This document shows, piece by piece, positions 50,830-60,474 of a stretch of 64,000 bases of DNA (position 1 is its first letter; every line of letters begins with the position of its first letter). Where the stretch lies: NCBI GenBank assembly GCA_963836185.1, contig CAWIIQ010000001.1:1856001-1920000 (forward strand), read 5' to 3'. Made by a program: the position numbers and the translations under genes. This DNA is from Candidatus Krumholzibacteriia bacterium. Lineage in GTDB: Bacteria; Krumholzibacteriota; Krumholzibacteriia; Krumholzibacteriales; Krumholzibacteriaceae. The notes below the pieces were generated by a model. That model ran no database searches. It saw only the letters and a program-made list of their open reading frames with translations, and had not been told where the DNA came from.

Positions 50830-52209
50830 GTGATACATACCAGTAAATATACGGCAATCATATCGTTGTTCTTTCTGATTCTGACCGTGACTCTCACCGT
50901 GTCAGTATGGTCCGCTCAGGATGACTGGGAAAGGCTCACGGCGGAGTCATTCGATCTCTATCAGCTGCAGCAGTACGACGAGGCGATACTGCTGTCGAGG
51001 GAGGCACTTGAAGCAGCTGAGATTGAGTTCGGAGCGAGGCACCAGGTCGTCGGAAAATCGATGAACAACCTCGGCGCGATGCTCTCCAGTCACGGCGATC
51101 CCGCCGAAGCCGAACTCATGCTCACCGGGGCCCTCGAGATCCTCGAGGAGGTCCTCGGAAAGGATGACCCGGGGACCGCATCCACCCTCAATAACCTCGC
51201 CGAGCTCTACTCCAGCCAGGACAGGTACGGCGAGGCTGAACCGCTGTTCAAGCGCGCTATCGCACTGAGGGAGATAGAACCGGGTGAAAGACATGCGGAC
51301 CTTATCACTTCCCTCGATAACCTGGCGGCGCTCTATGTGAAAATGGACAGGTTCCGCGACGCGGAACATCTCTATGAGATGGCGCTGGAGATCAAGGAAG
51401 AGTATTACAGAAAAGAGCATCCGGATTCGGAAGCGATCACGGAAAAGATCATCCAGTTGTATATCCGTGAGGGTAATTACCATGAGAGCCGCGACAATGT
51501 CGATGAAGCGGCTGCAGCTTATGAGACGGCCCTCGAGATGATGAAAGTACTCAGAGATCCCGACCTGGCTTCAATGGCCGCGCTTCTCGATATCATCACG
51601 GTAATAAATATCCGGTCAGGGGAGTACGAGGAAGCGGTCTATAATTACAAAAAGCTCATGAGCATTCACTCAGAGCTTCACGGAAAACGATCCGAGGAAT
51701 ACGCGAAGGCTGAAAGGGATCTCGCGAGGACCTATGTGAGGCTGGGACAATACGAGAAGGCCGTCCCTCTCTATGCATCGGTCATAGATATCGAGACTGA
51801 AAGAGCAGGCAGCGATTACCCTGAACTCGCCAGGACACTGGCCGAGCAGGCATCGGCCATGACATCGCTGGCGAATTCATATCTTGAGGAAGGCAAAGCC
51901 GAGGATGCCATCCCCCTCTTCGCCGAAGCAATAGAGATCAGAAACAGGACAGGCAAGGCTGACGATTCCTCCCAGGCGGTGAGAATGAATAACCTTGCCG
52001 GACTCCTTGTCGATCTGGAAAGGTACGAGGACGCTGAACGGTTCTATCTGAAGGCGCTGGAGGTCCTGAAGCGGTCTTCGTCGAAAGGGACCGTTATCAA
52101 CAGTACACTTATCCTGCAGAACATGAAACAGCTGTACAGCCGGACCGGGGACCTGGAAAAAGCCGCGGCCGTCGACAGCCTGCTGACCGAAGAGACAGGA
52201 GGTCCCTGA
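50830..52209 (+). CDS. secreted TPR protein (kinesin-light-chain-like 42-aa repeats)
   Basis: GGAGG SD and GTG start; signal peptide; repeats xNNLAxLY..AEPLFKRAI. Confidence 0.85.
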   Translation: MIHTSKYTAIISLFFLILTVTLTVSVWSAQDDWERLTAESFDLYQLQQYDEAILLSREALEAAEIEFGARHQVVGKSMNNLGAMLSSHGDPAEAELMLTGALEILEEVLGKDDPGTASTLNNLAELYSSQDRYGEAEPLFKRAIALREIEPGERHADLITSLDNLAALYVKMDRFRDAEHLYEMALEIKEEYYRKEHPDSEAITEKIIQLYIREGNYHESRDNVDEAAAAYETALEMMKVLRDPDLASMAALLDIITVINIRSGEYEEAVYNYKKLMSIHSELHGKRSEEYAKAERDLARTYVRLGQYEKAVPLYASVIDIETERAGSDYPELARTLAEQASAMTSLANSYLEEGKAEDAIPLFAEAIEIRNRTGKADDSSQAVRMNNLAGLLVDLERYEDAERFYLKALEVLKRSSSKGTVINSTLILQNMKQLYSRTGDLEKAAAVDSLLTEETGGP

Positions 52210-52334
52210 TCGCCTGAAATTCCTGTTGCGCCATAATATGATTTTTGAGACAATCCGCAGGCACGATTACCTGTTTCTTTAAGTGAATAAACGTTTTCTG
52301 GACTCTCCACTTCAATGGATAGCGAGGTGAAGGA

Positions 52335-53487
52335 ATGGTCAAACGAGTCGCTATTGTCGGCATCGGGACCACGGGATTCCGTCCTGTCACGCCCGATGTC
52401 TCATTCCGCGAGCTGATCTTCGAGGCAGCGCGGAAGGCATACACCGACGCCGGGATAGAACCCAGTGAGATCGACGGATTCATCACAACGGCAGAGGACT
52501 TCATGGAGGGCTACTCTATCGCTGACGAGTACTGCCCCGACCAGCTTGGATCGGTCCTCAAACCGACGCAGACGATCCCGGGCGATTTCATCCATGGACT
52601 GGCCACCGGCTATATGATGATCATGACCGGGGCTTTCAAAACCATCGCTATCGAGGCTCACAGCAAGGCTTCGAACGTTTTGAACATCAGTGAGACGATG
52701 GGATTCGCACAGGATCCGGTCTATAACCGGCCCCTGAGGGAAACTCCTCACGCCGTGGCGGGCCTGGAGATGACGAGGTATCTCTTCGAGTCGACCACCT
52801 CATCCGAGCAGTGCGCCAGGGTCGTCGTAAAGAACAAGAGGAACGCGATGCGGAATCCGTACGCGGCATTCGGCGCCGACCTGTCAGAGGATGATATCCT
52901 CGCTTCCGAACCGGTCTCCCTCCCGCTGCACAGACTCGATATCGCTCCCCACGCGGACGGATGCAGTCGTCGTAGTGCTGGCAGCAGAGGACATGGCCGA
53001 CGCGATGTGCGAGACCCCGATCTGGATCGAGGGGCTCGGTTGGTCGACCGACACGCCGACACTCGAGATGCGCGACTGGGGCGACGCAGCCTACGCGCGG
53101 CTGTCGGCAGAGATGGCCTACAGGATGGCGGGGATCGAGGATCCCGCAGCTTTGATAGATTTCGCGGAGATATGTGACGAATACTCCTACAAGGAGCTCC
53201 AGCACATGGAAGCGCTGAAGCTCTGCATGCCCGGCGAAGCGGGCTTCATGCTCGAGAGTGGAGCGACTTCGTACCAGGGCGAGCTTCCAATCAACATCTC
53301 AGGTGGCGCGCTCGGCGTCGGGCACCTCTTCGAGGCATCCGGCGCGCACAAGATACTCGAGCTCGTCGAACAGCTTCGCGGTGAAGCGGGCGCCCGGCAG
53401 ATCCCCGACGTAAACGTCGGTCTTGCTCAGGCCTGGCGCGGTGTTCCGACTGCTTCCGGAGCGGTCGCCATCCTTTCGAACATGTAG
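52335..53487 (+). CDS. thiolase-fold (SCP-x/archaeal-type) protein 1 (apparent +1 frameshift ~52961)
   Basis: VAIVGIG, VKNKRNAMRNPYA, ADG(A)VVVVL, EICDEY, INISGGALGVGH; no CxS nucleophile motif. Confidence 0.85.
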
Positions 53488-53500
53488 GAGGTCTTTTGAG

Positions 53501-54664
53501 ATGGGAATGAGGAAAGTAGCAATGGTGGGAGCCGGCATCACGAAATTCGTGCGCCGAGCGCAGGAGACGGGAAAGGAGCTGTCATGGCAGGCCTCCAAAA
53601 TGGCCCTCGACTCCTGCGGCCTCACTCTCGATGACGTCGACATGGTAACGCTCGGCACCGCGCCCGACGCTTTCGACGGAGTCCACATGAAGGGTGAGTA
53701 TCTGGCAGACGGAGCGGGCGGTATAGGTAAGCCGTACATGCGCCATTTCGTTGGCGGAGGAACGGGAGTATTCAGCCCGATACACGGCTGGTTCCACGTG
53801 GCGAGCGGCATGGCTGATATCGTTCTCGTCGTTGCCGAGGAGAAGATGTCGAGTTGCCACCCGCACCCCGCGGGAGCCTTCCTGACGATCTTCGACCACA
53901 CGACCGAGCAGCCGCTCCTGCCGACTCTGATCTGGATATTCGCTCTCGAGATGAACCGTTACATGGAAACCTACGGCATCACGAAGGCGGACATCGCCCA
54001 GGTCTCGGTAAAGAACAAGCTCAACGCGATGGATCATCCCTCGGCGCAGGTCGCCGAGAAGATCACCGTCGAGGACGTACTTAACAGTGAGACTCTCTGC
54101 TGGCCGGTAAACCGCCTCGACATCTCCCCCGCCTCAGACGGCGCCGCGGCGATTGTACTCTGCAGCGAACGCGTCGCACGCCGGCTTACCGACAAGCCGG
54201 TCTGGATCGACGGCGTGGGACACGCGATCGATACGGCCTACTGGGCCACACGCGATCTCTCCTATCCGCGCTACGTCGAAACGGCGGCGAGGCAGGCTTA
54301 CGAGATGGCCGGCATCACCGAGCCCGACAAGGAGATCCATATCGCCGAGCCGTACGATCCGTTCGATTACAAGGAACTTCACCACATGGAAGGGCTGATG
54401 CTCTGTCCGCGCGGCCAGGCTGCACAGCTGACCGCAGACGGAGTCACCGCCCGTGACGGCAATATGCCGATCTGCCCCTCGGGCGGCGCCCTGGGAGTCG
54501 GCAATCCTATCGCCGCTACCGGCCTGATGAAGATCATCGAGATCTACCTTCAGCTCCGCGGCGAAGCGGGCAAGCGCCAGGTACCGGGCAATCCGCGCTG
54601 CGGGCTTGCCCAGGCCTGGGGCGACCTGATGCAGATGGGCACAGTCGTTGTGATGAGGAACTAG
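53501..54664 (+). CDS. thiolase-fold (SCP-x/archaeal-type) protein 2
   Basis: VAMVGAG, VGGGTG in place of CASG, EEKMS, SDGAAAIVL, EPYDPF and GNPIAATG. Confidence 0.88.
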   Translation: MGMRKVAMVGAGITKFVRRAQETGKELSWQASKMALDSCGLTLDDVDMVTLGTAPDAFDGVHMKGEYLADGAGGIGKPYMRHFVGGGTGVFSPIHGWFHVASGMADIVLVVAEEKMSSCHPHPAGAFLTIFDHTTEQPLLPTLIWIFALEMNRYMETYGITKADIAQVSVKNKLNAMDHPSAQVAEKITVEDVLNSETLCWPVNRLDISPASDGAAAIVLCSERVARRLTDKPVWIDGVGHAIDTAYWATRDLSYPRYVETAARQAYEMAGITEPDKEIHIAEPYDPFDYKELHHMEGLMLCPRGQAAQLTADGVTARDGNMPICPSGGALGVGNPIAATGLMKIIEIYLQLRGEAGKRQVPGNPRCGLAQAWGDLMQMGTVVVMRN

Positions 54665-54697
54665 TATTTCGAACGGAACGAACAAGGAGCATAAGAG

Positions 54698-55267
54698 ATG
54701 AAACTCGAAGATTTTGAACTCAGGGGGACCAACCTGAAGTCCTCCGATTTCAAGACGGGCAAGGTGCTCACGGTGGAGTGGGAGCCCGACCTGAAGTACG
54801 CCTGGGATGACGGCGTCGCTATCGGCCGATACCTCGCGGAACTCGGGAATGGCAGGATCATCGCCAGGACATGCTACAAGTGCAACCGGACGATGCTGCC
54901 GCCGAGGATGTTCTGCGAGCTGTGCTTCCGGCCCACCGATGAGTGGACATTTGTCAAGGACACAGGCGTGATCGAGACCTTCAGCATAGCGAAGGTCAAC
55001 TGGGACGCCTCGAGGCGCGGCCCCAAGGAGCCGCCCCTGCTTCCCGCGGTCATCGTGATCGATGGCGCATCGGAGGGCATGGGCATCATGCACATGCTCG
55101 GCGAGGTCGATCCGAAGGACCTGAAGATCGGCATGAAGGTGCAAGCTGTCTGGAAGAAGCCCGAGGACCGCACCGGCGCAATAACAGACATCCTCTATTT
55201 CAAGCCTGTCGGGGCGAAGAAAAAGGCAAAGAAAAAAGCCGCTCCTAAAACGAAGGGAAAGAGGTGA
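54698..55267 (+). CDS. DUF35 Zn-ribbon + OB-fold protein
   Basis: CYKC..PPRMFCELC, DTGVIETFS and IGMKVQAVW. Confidence 0.9.
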   Translation: MKLEDFELRGTNLKSSDFKTGKVLTVEWEPDLKYAWDDGVAIGRYLAELGNGRIIARTCYKCNRTMLPPRMFCELCFRPTDEWTFVKDTGVIETFSIAKVNWDASRRGPKEPPLLPAVIVIDGASEGMGIMHMLGEVDPKDLKIGMKVQAVWKKPEDRTGAITDILYFKPVGAKKKAKKKAAPKTKGKR

Positions 55268-55274
55268 GATAAGC

Positions 55275-55751
55275 ATGGCGATAACAGAGAAGATAACAAA
55301 CACGACGACTCCTACCTTCTGGGAAGGAGCCATCCCCGTCCGCTACGTCTACACCTACGGACTGGCCGGCGAGAAATTCTTCCGTACCGTCAAGGACAAG
55401 GGCACCTTCCTCGCGACGTACTGCGAGGACTGCGATATCTCCTTCGTCCCTCCGAAGATCTATTGCGACCGCTGCTTCAACGAGCTCGATTCGTACATAG
55501 ACGTCGGCACGATCGGATACGTCGAGACTTTCACCCTTTCGTTCCAGAATATGGACGGATCGGAGAAGCCGGTCCCGGAGCTCCTCGCTATGGTCCGTAT
55601 CGGGGATACGGATGGAGGACTGATCCACTACCTCAAGGGATTCGAGATCGATGAGATAGGGATAGGGATGCCCGTAAAGGCCGTATTCAAGCCGAAGGCG
55701 AAAAGGAACGGTTCGATAGAGGATATCATCGGGTTCGGCCCGCTGAAGTAG
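55275..55751 (+). CDS. DUF35 Zn-ribbon + OB-fold protein
   Basis: CEDC..PPKIYCDRC, GYVETFT and IGMPVKAVF. Confidence 0.9.
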   Translation: MAITEKITNTTTPTFWEGAIPVRYVYTYGLAGEKFFRTVKDKGTFLATYCEDCDISFVPPKIYCDRCFNELDSYIDVGTIGYVETFTLSFQNMDGSEKPVPELLAMVRIGDTDGGLIHYLKGFEIDEIGIGMPVKAVFKPKAKRNGSIEDIIGFGPLK

Positions 55752-55847
55752 GATCGGCGAACCGTAATGATCAGGCCGGCGCCCTGTATCCCGGGGCGTC
55801 GGCTTTTGCGTTGTTACTCTCCCTCCCCTGCTGTTATATTCGTTGCC

Positions 55848-56945
55848 ATGACTACCTGCATTCATGTCATACATTCGCTCGAGTACGGTGGAGCCCAGAA
55901 GGATATCTACTACTACGCGAAATTCCACGACCGGAAAAAGCACAACGTGGAAGTCGTCACATTCTGTCCCGGCGGGGAGATGACCGCAGAGATCGAGACC
56001 CTCGGTATAAAGGTCCATGTCATCGGTTCGAAATCGTCCGACCTGAGCGCAATTTTCCGCCTCTCGAGGATTTTCAGTAACAGAAAAGCGAAAATAGCTC
56101 ATTTCCACAACCCCCTTCCCGTATTCACGGGCGTCCCCGCGGCTGAGGCCAGCCGTGTCCCCGTGAAGATACTGACCGAACACAGCATCGACTATACGGG
56201 AAGAACGGGCGGCCGCCTGGCGACAGCCCTCTACGGGAAGCTCCGCCGAAGGCTCGATCTTGTGATCGCGTGTTCGGAGGAAGTCAGGAACTCACATCTT
56301 CACGCGCTGAAACCGGAACGCCTGATCACGATACCGAACGGGGTCGACCTCGAGTCATTCGACACGCCGCTGACAGAGAGTGTTGATCCCGGCATATTTC
56401 ACATCGGGTGTATCGGCAGTCTTACGCCCCAGAAGGGGTACACCCACATGATCGAAGCGGTCCGGATCATAAAATCCAGGGATATCCCGGTGAAGCTGAC
56501 ATTTGTTGGCGACGGACCGCTGAGAGGAGAACTGGAGGAGCAGTCGATCCGCTCAGGACTTGAAGGAACTGTCATATTTAAAGGACTCCTTAAGGATGTC
56601 GCGAACGAATTGAAGACATTCGATGTCGTCGCGGGGTCCTCGCTGCGCGAGGGCCTGCCGATCGGGATCCTCGAGGCGATGGCATCAGGCAGGGCAGTTG
56701 TGACTACCGACATCGGAGGGAACAGGGAAGCTGTCTCAGATGGAGTAACGGGACTTCTAGTACCTCCCTCCGACCCCGATGCGCTGGCTCAGGCCCTCGA
56801 ATCGTTGTGGGCAGACGGGGAGAAACGTACGTCGATGGGGCTGGCGGGCCGCGCCCGGGTCGAGGAGCGTTTCTCCGCGAGAAAGATGGTCGCCGATACT
56901 GAACGTATCTACGGCACACTTCTTCACAAGGGAGCCGCTCATTGA
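55848..56945 (+). CDS. glycosyltransferase family 4
   Basis: YGGAQK, IPNGVD, QKG, GDGPLR and EGLPIGILEAMASG. Confidence 0.9.
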   Translation: MTTCIHVIHSLEYGGAQKDIYYYAKFHDRKKHNVEVVTFCPGGEMTAEIETLGIKVHVIGSKSSDLSAIFRLSRIFSNRKAKIAHFHNPLPVFTGVPAAEASRVPVKILTEHSIDYTGRTGGRLATALYGKLRRRLDLVIACSEEVRNSHLHALKPERLITIPNGVDLESFDTPLTESVDPGIFHIGCIGSLTPQKGYTHMIEAVRIIKSRDIPVKLTFVGDGPLRGELEEQSIRSGLEGTVIFKGLLKDVANELKTFDVVAGSSLREGLPIGILEAMASGRAVVTTDIGGNREAVSDGVTGLLVPPSDPDALAQALESLWADGEKRTSMGLAGRARVEERFSARKMVADTERIYGTLLHKGAAH

Positions 56946-58036
56946 TGAAGGAGTCGCTTCATATCTGCGCCACGGGCGATATCGGCTTTCACGGCAGAGC
57001 TGGCGAAGACATCGCGGCCCATGGAGCTCAATATCCCTTCGAGAAGATCTCTGGATCCCTTTCGCGCGCCGACATAGTCATCGGCAACCTCGAGATCCCC
57101 TTTGTCCCTGAAGGCGCACGGCCGGAGCGCCGCGACATCTCGCCGGAGTTCCGTTCCGATCCCGCCGCCGCCGGAGCGCTGAGGGCGGCAGGATTCGACA
57201 TCGTTTCCCTGGCAAACAATCACATCATGGACTACGGCATCAGGGGGCTTGAGACGACACTGGAAACACTGGACAATAGCGGTATAGCGCACACCGGCGC
57301 CGGAATGAATCTCGCCGAGGCAAGGCAGCCGGCGGTCATCGAGAAAGAGGGCAGACGGCTCGGGATGCTCTCATATGCCATGAAAGGAAAGCATACTGCC
57401 AGATCCGAGACACCCGGGGCAGCTCCACTCGACGAAGCGATCATTCTCGAAGATATTGCGCGTTTGAAGGAGAGAGCCGACGACCTTGTCGTATCACTAC
57501 ATTTCGGCATGATCTATACCGACTACCCGAAGCGTGAGCATCAGAAACTGTCCAGAAAAATCATCGATGCCGGGGCCAACGCAGTGCTCGGTCACCACCC
57601 TCACCTCATCCAGGGAATCGAGGATTACGGAGATGGGATCATCGCCTATAGTCTCGGGGAGATCCTTTTCGACCCGTCTTCCGGATATGTCGAGGCATCT
57701 CACGTGGAAGACTTGAGAAGACAGTCTATGATACTCGAGCTTATAATATCGAACGAAGGAACCGTGGCGACAGTTCTGCCTGTATGTACCGGTGAGGACC
57801 TGCGGCCGGGTCTCTGCGGGGAAGAGATGGAAAACATGATCCTGACAAGGCTTCAGGCGATATCATCCGTCCTTCCTGGATATGATATAGATTTTGACCG
57901 TCACCTGGCGCGGCGGACGACGGGGCATGAGACAAGGGTCCTCATGTACAACCTGCGCCGGCTGAATTTCGGTTATGCGGTGAAAAAGCTCACGAAGTTG
58001 AGGTTCTCGCATATCAGGTCGCTTTTCCGGAAGTAA
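56945..58036 (+). CDS. CapA/PgsA family metallophosphoesterase-fold protein
   Basis: GDI, GNLE, SLANNHIMDYG, SLHFG, GHHPH and YSLG. Confidence 0.88.
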   Translation: MKESLHICATGDIGFHGRAGEDIAAHGAQYPFEKISGSLSRADIVIGNLEIPFVPEGARPERRDISPEFRSDPAAAGALRAAGFDIVSLANNHIMDYGIRGLETTLETLDNSGIAHTGAGMNLAEARQPAVIEKEGRRLGMLSYAMKGKHTARSETPGAAPLDEAIILEDIARLKERADDLVVSLHFGMIYTDYPKREHQKLSRKIIDAGANAVLGHHPHLIQGIEDYGDGIIAYSLGEILFDPSSGYVEASHVEDLRRQSMILELIISNEGTVATVLPVCTGEDLRPGLCGEEMENMILTRLQAISSVLPGYDIDFDRHLARRTTGHETRVLMYNLRRLNFGYAVKKLTKLRFSHIRSLFRK

Positions 58037-58051
58037 GATGGAGGCGTCATC

Positions 58052-59149
58052 CTGAAACGAAAACGTGTCCTTCTCGTCGGCCCCCTGCCTCCCCCTGTAG
58101 GTGGAGACACCGTATCGACCTCGACCCTTCTAAAAAGCATGTACTGGGATACGGCCGGGCTCGAGATCGACCACATCGACACATCGGCGGGTGGAGAAGT
58201 AAAACTCACCGAAGTGAAAAGAAGCTGGAAAGACATACCGCGCGCGCTGAGTATACTCGCACAGCTGCTGGTGAAGCTGCCCGGATCAGATATCCTTCTA
58301 CTCTGGGCCAACAGCAGCTTTATCTGTTCTCTCGGCATACCGGTGATGCGGATAACTCGCATCTTCAGAAAGCCGTACATGGTGAAGATATTCGGTGCGA
58401 TGCTTCCAGAGAGAATCGACGCCCTGGGGCCCAATCGCAGAAAGACGGTCTTGTCACTGCTCGGCAGGGCGCGCTATGTGCTTCCACAGACAAGATTCCT
58501 CGCGGATGAACTCGCCGTTCGGAGCGGCCTCGATCGAGAACGTATCGTACAGTTCCCCAATTTTCTTCCAGATTCATATTTCACGAAGGCAGCGCCGAAA
58601 GAGAAATTCTCGGGCAGATGTGTCTTCATCGGACAGATAAAGAGCGAGAAGGGTGTTTTCGATATCATCGAGAGCATCGGTGGCAGAAAGGATGTCAGCT
58701 GCGATTTCTACGGCCAGCATCTGGAGAGGGACGCTGAACGTTTCATGCTCGAACTTAAAGCTTCCCCCAACTGCTTCTACAGGGGCACCCTCACCCGGGA
58801 TGAAGTGATGAAGGTCCTCGAGCGATACGATATCCTCCTCCTCCCCACCACACATCCCGGAGAGGGGTATCCGGCTGTCATACTCGAGGCATTCGCCGCC
58901 GGGATGCCGGTGATAAGCACAAAATGGATGGCGATACCTGAACTGGTCGAAGATGGAGAGAGAGGACTCCTTGTACCTCCATCCTCCCCTTATCACATCT
59001 CAGCCGCCCTGGATCTCCTTCTCAAGGATCAGCAGCTCTACTCGACCCTCGCGAGAAACGCTTACGAGTATGTCGGACGTTTCTCTGAAAAAGCGGTAGT
59101 TGGCGATCTTTTAACCGGCCTTGTAACAGGTACGTCAGGTGATAAATGA
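58052..59149 (+). CDS. glycosyltransferase family 4 (probable CTG start)
   Basis: The frame is open upstream of ATG 58139 with KRKRVLLVGPLPPPVGG; GGAGG lies 7 nt before CTG 58052; EKG and EGYPAVILEAFAAG. Confidence 0.82.
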   Translation: MKRKRVLLVGPLPPPVGGDTVSTSTLLKSMYWDTAGLEIDHIDTSAGGEVKLTEVKRSWKDIPRALSILAQLLVKLPGSDILLLWANSSFICSLGIPVMRITRIFRKPYMVKIFGAMLPERIDALGPNRRKTVLSLLGRARYVLPQTRFLADELAVRSGLDRERIVQFPNFLPDSYFTKAAPKEKFSGRCVFIGQIKSEKGVFDIIESIGGRKDVSCDFYGQHLERDAERFMLELKASPNCFYRGTLTRDEVMKVLERYDILLLPTTHPGEGYPAVILEAFAAGMPVISTKWMAIPELVEDGERGLLVPPSSPYHISAALDLLLKDQQLYSTLARNAYEYVGRFSEKAVVGDLLTGLVTGTSGDK

Positions 59150-60474
59150 GTTCCGGAATCTACAGGACAATATACATCATCGGGAGCCGGCTGCGCGGCA
59201 CGCCGGTCATCCCCTTCCTGCGCGAACTCGAAGAGTCCCAGTGGTGGGATATCGAGCGCACCCGCGAGTACCAGCTCGAAAGGCTGCGGAAACTCCTGCG
59301 CCACGCCGAAGAGTTTTCACCTTTCTATAGAGATATCATCCGTCAGCGCGAGTTCAAGGCTGATACAGTATCGCTCGATGAGCTTAATAGCCTGCCTGCC
59401 GTTAGCAAGGATCAGATAAAAGAAAACTTCGCGGATATACAGAATCATGGGCTCGGCGGGAGCCTCATCCCCTCGAAGACCTCGGGCAGCACCGGCGAAC
59501 CGCTCAAGTTCTACCGCGGCTCCGAATGGGACGCCCAGCACCGGGCCGCCGTCGCGAGAGGCTACAGCTGGTACGGAGTCTACCCGTGGACGAGAAGCGG
59601 CCTTCTCTGGGGGCTGCCCGCTGGTAGATCAGCTCTCCTCAAGACAAAGATCGAAGATTCCCTGCAGAACCGTTTCCGGGAGAAAAGATTCGATCTCTCA
59701 CCTGATACGCTCGAAAGGTTCTACAGACAACTTTCCGGCGCGGGATTTATCGAGGGTTACTCGAGCATGATCTATGAGCTGGCAAGATTCATCAATACGC
59801 ATCATCCCGGCGAGAAATATATCTCCCTGTCGCTCGTAAAGGGGACTTCTGAGAAGATATATCCTCGATACCATGAGGAATCACGAAAAGCCTTCGGGCG
59901 AAGGATGACGAGCGAGTATGGAGCCGCCGAGACGGGGATCATAGCCTTCGAATGTCCCGATGGGAACATGCACATCAACATGGAACATGTCATCGTCGAA
60001 GAAGAGGACGGCGAAATCATAGTCACCAACCTGCTGTCATACTCCTTCCCCTTCATAAGGTACAGGCTGGGCGACCACATCAGGATGGCAGGCTATATTA
60101 ACTGTCCGTGCGGGAGAAAGAGCCCGGTCATAAGCGAGATAACCGGAAGGATCGGAAAGAGAATATTCGGCACTGGAGGCAGCGAGTTCCCCAGCCTTAC
60201 CGTCTATTATATAATCAACGCACTGTACGAGGATTTCCCCGGCCTCTCGAGACTGCAGGCGCGGCAGGAATCAAAAGGAGAAATTGATTTTCTGGCGACA
60301 TATGATAGCAAGCCTGACAGCGGGAAGCTCTCCGCAATGGAGAAACGGCTCGATACCCTTATCGGTAAATACTACGGGGAGAATATCGAAGCGAAACTCG
60401 CTCTCGTCGAATCGATCGTCAACGAGGGAGACAAGAAACTCGACTTCATCTCACACCTTCCCCAGGGGAGCTGA
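59146..60474 (+). CDS. phenylacetate-CoA ligase-like (CapK-type) adenylate-forming enzyme
   Basis: TSGSTGEP, EYGAAE, IRYRLGD, CPCGR and GR; lies in a glycosyltransferase cluster. Confidence 0.85.
   Translation: MSSGIYRTIYIIGSRLRGTPVIPFLRELEESQWWDIERTREYQLERLRKLLRHAEEFSPFYRDIIRQREFKADTVSLDELNSLPAVSKDQIKENFADIQNHGLGGSLIPSKTSGSTGEPLKFYRGSEWDAQHRAAVARGYSWYGVYPWTRSGLLWGLPAGRSALLKTKIEDSLQNRFREKRFDLSPDTLERFYRQLSGAGFIEGYSSMIYELARFINTHHPGEKYISLSLVKGTSEKIYPRYHEESRKAFGRRMTSEYGAAETGIIAFECPDGNMHINMEHVIVEEEDGEIIVTNLLSYSFPFIRYRLGDHIRMAGYINCPCGRKSPVISEITGRIGKRIFGTGGSEFPSLTVYYIINALYEDFPGLSRLQARQESKGEIDFLATYDSKPDSGKLSAMEKRLDTLIGKYYGENIEAKLALVESIVNEGDKKLDFISHLPQGS

Noticed and set aside
22876-52961. Programmed frameshifting or mass pseudogenisation
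   Set aside because: No shared slippery motif, unrelated genes affected, all single-base insertions and no nonsense decay; sequencing error is simpler.
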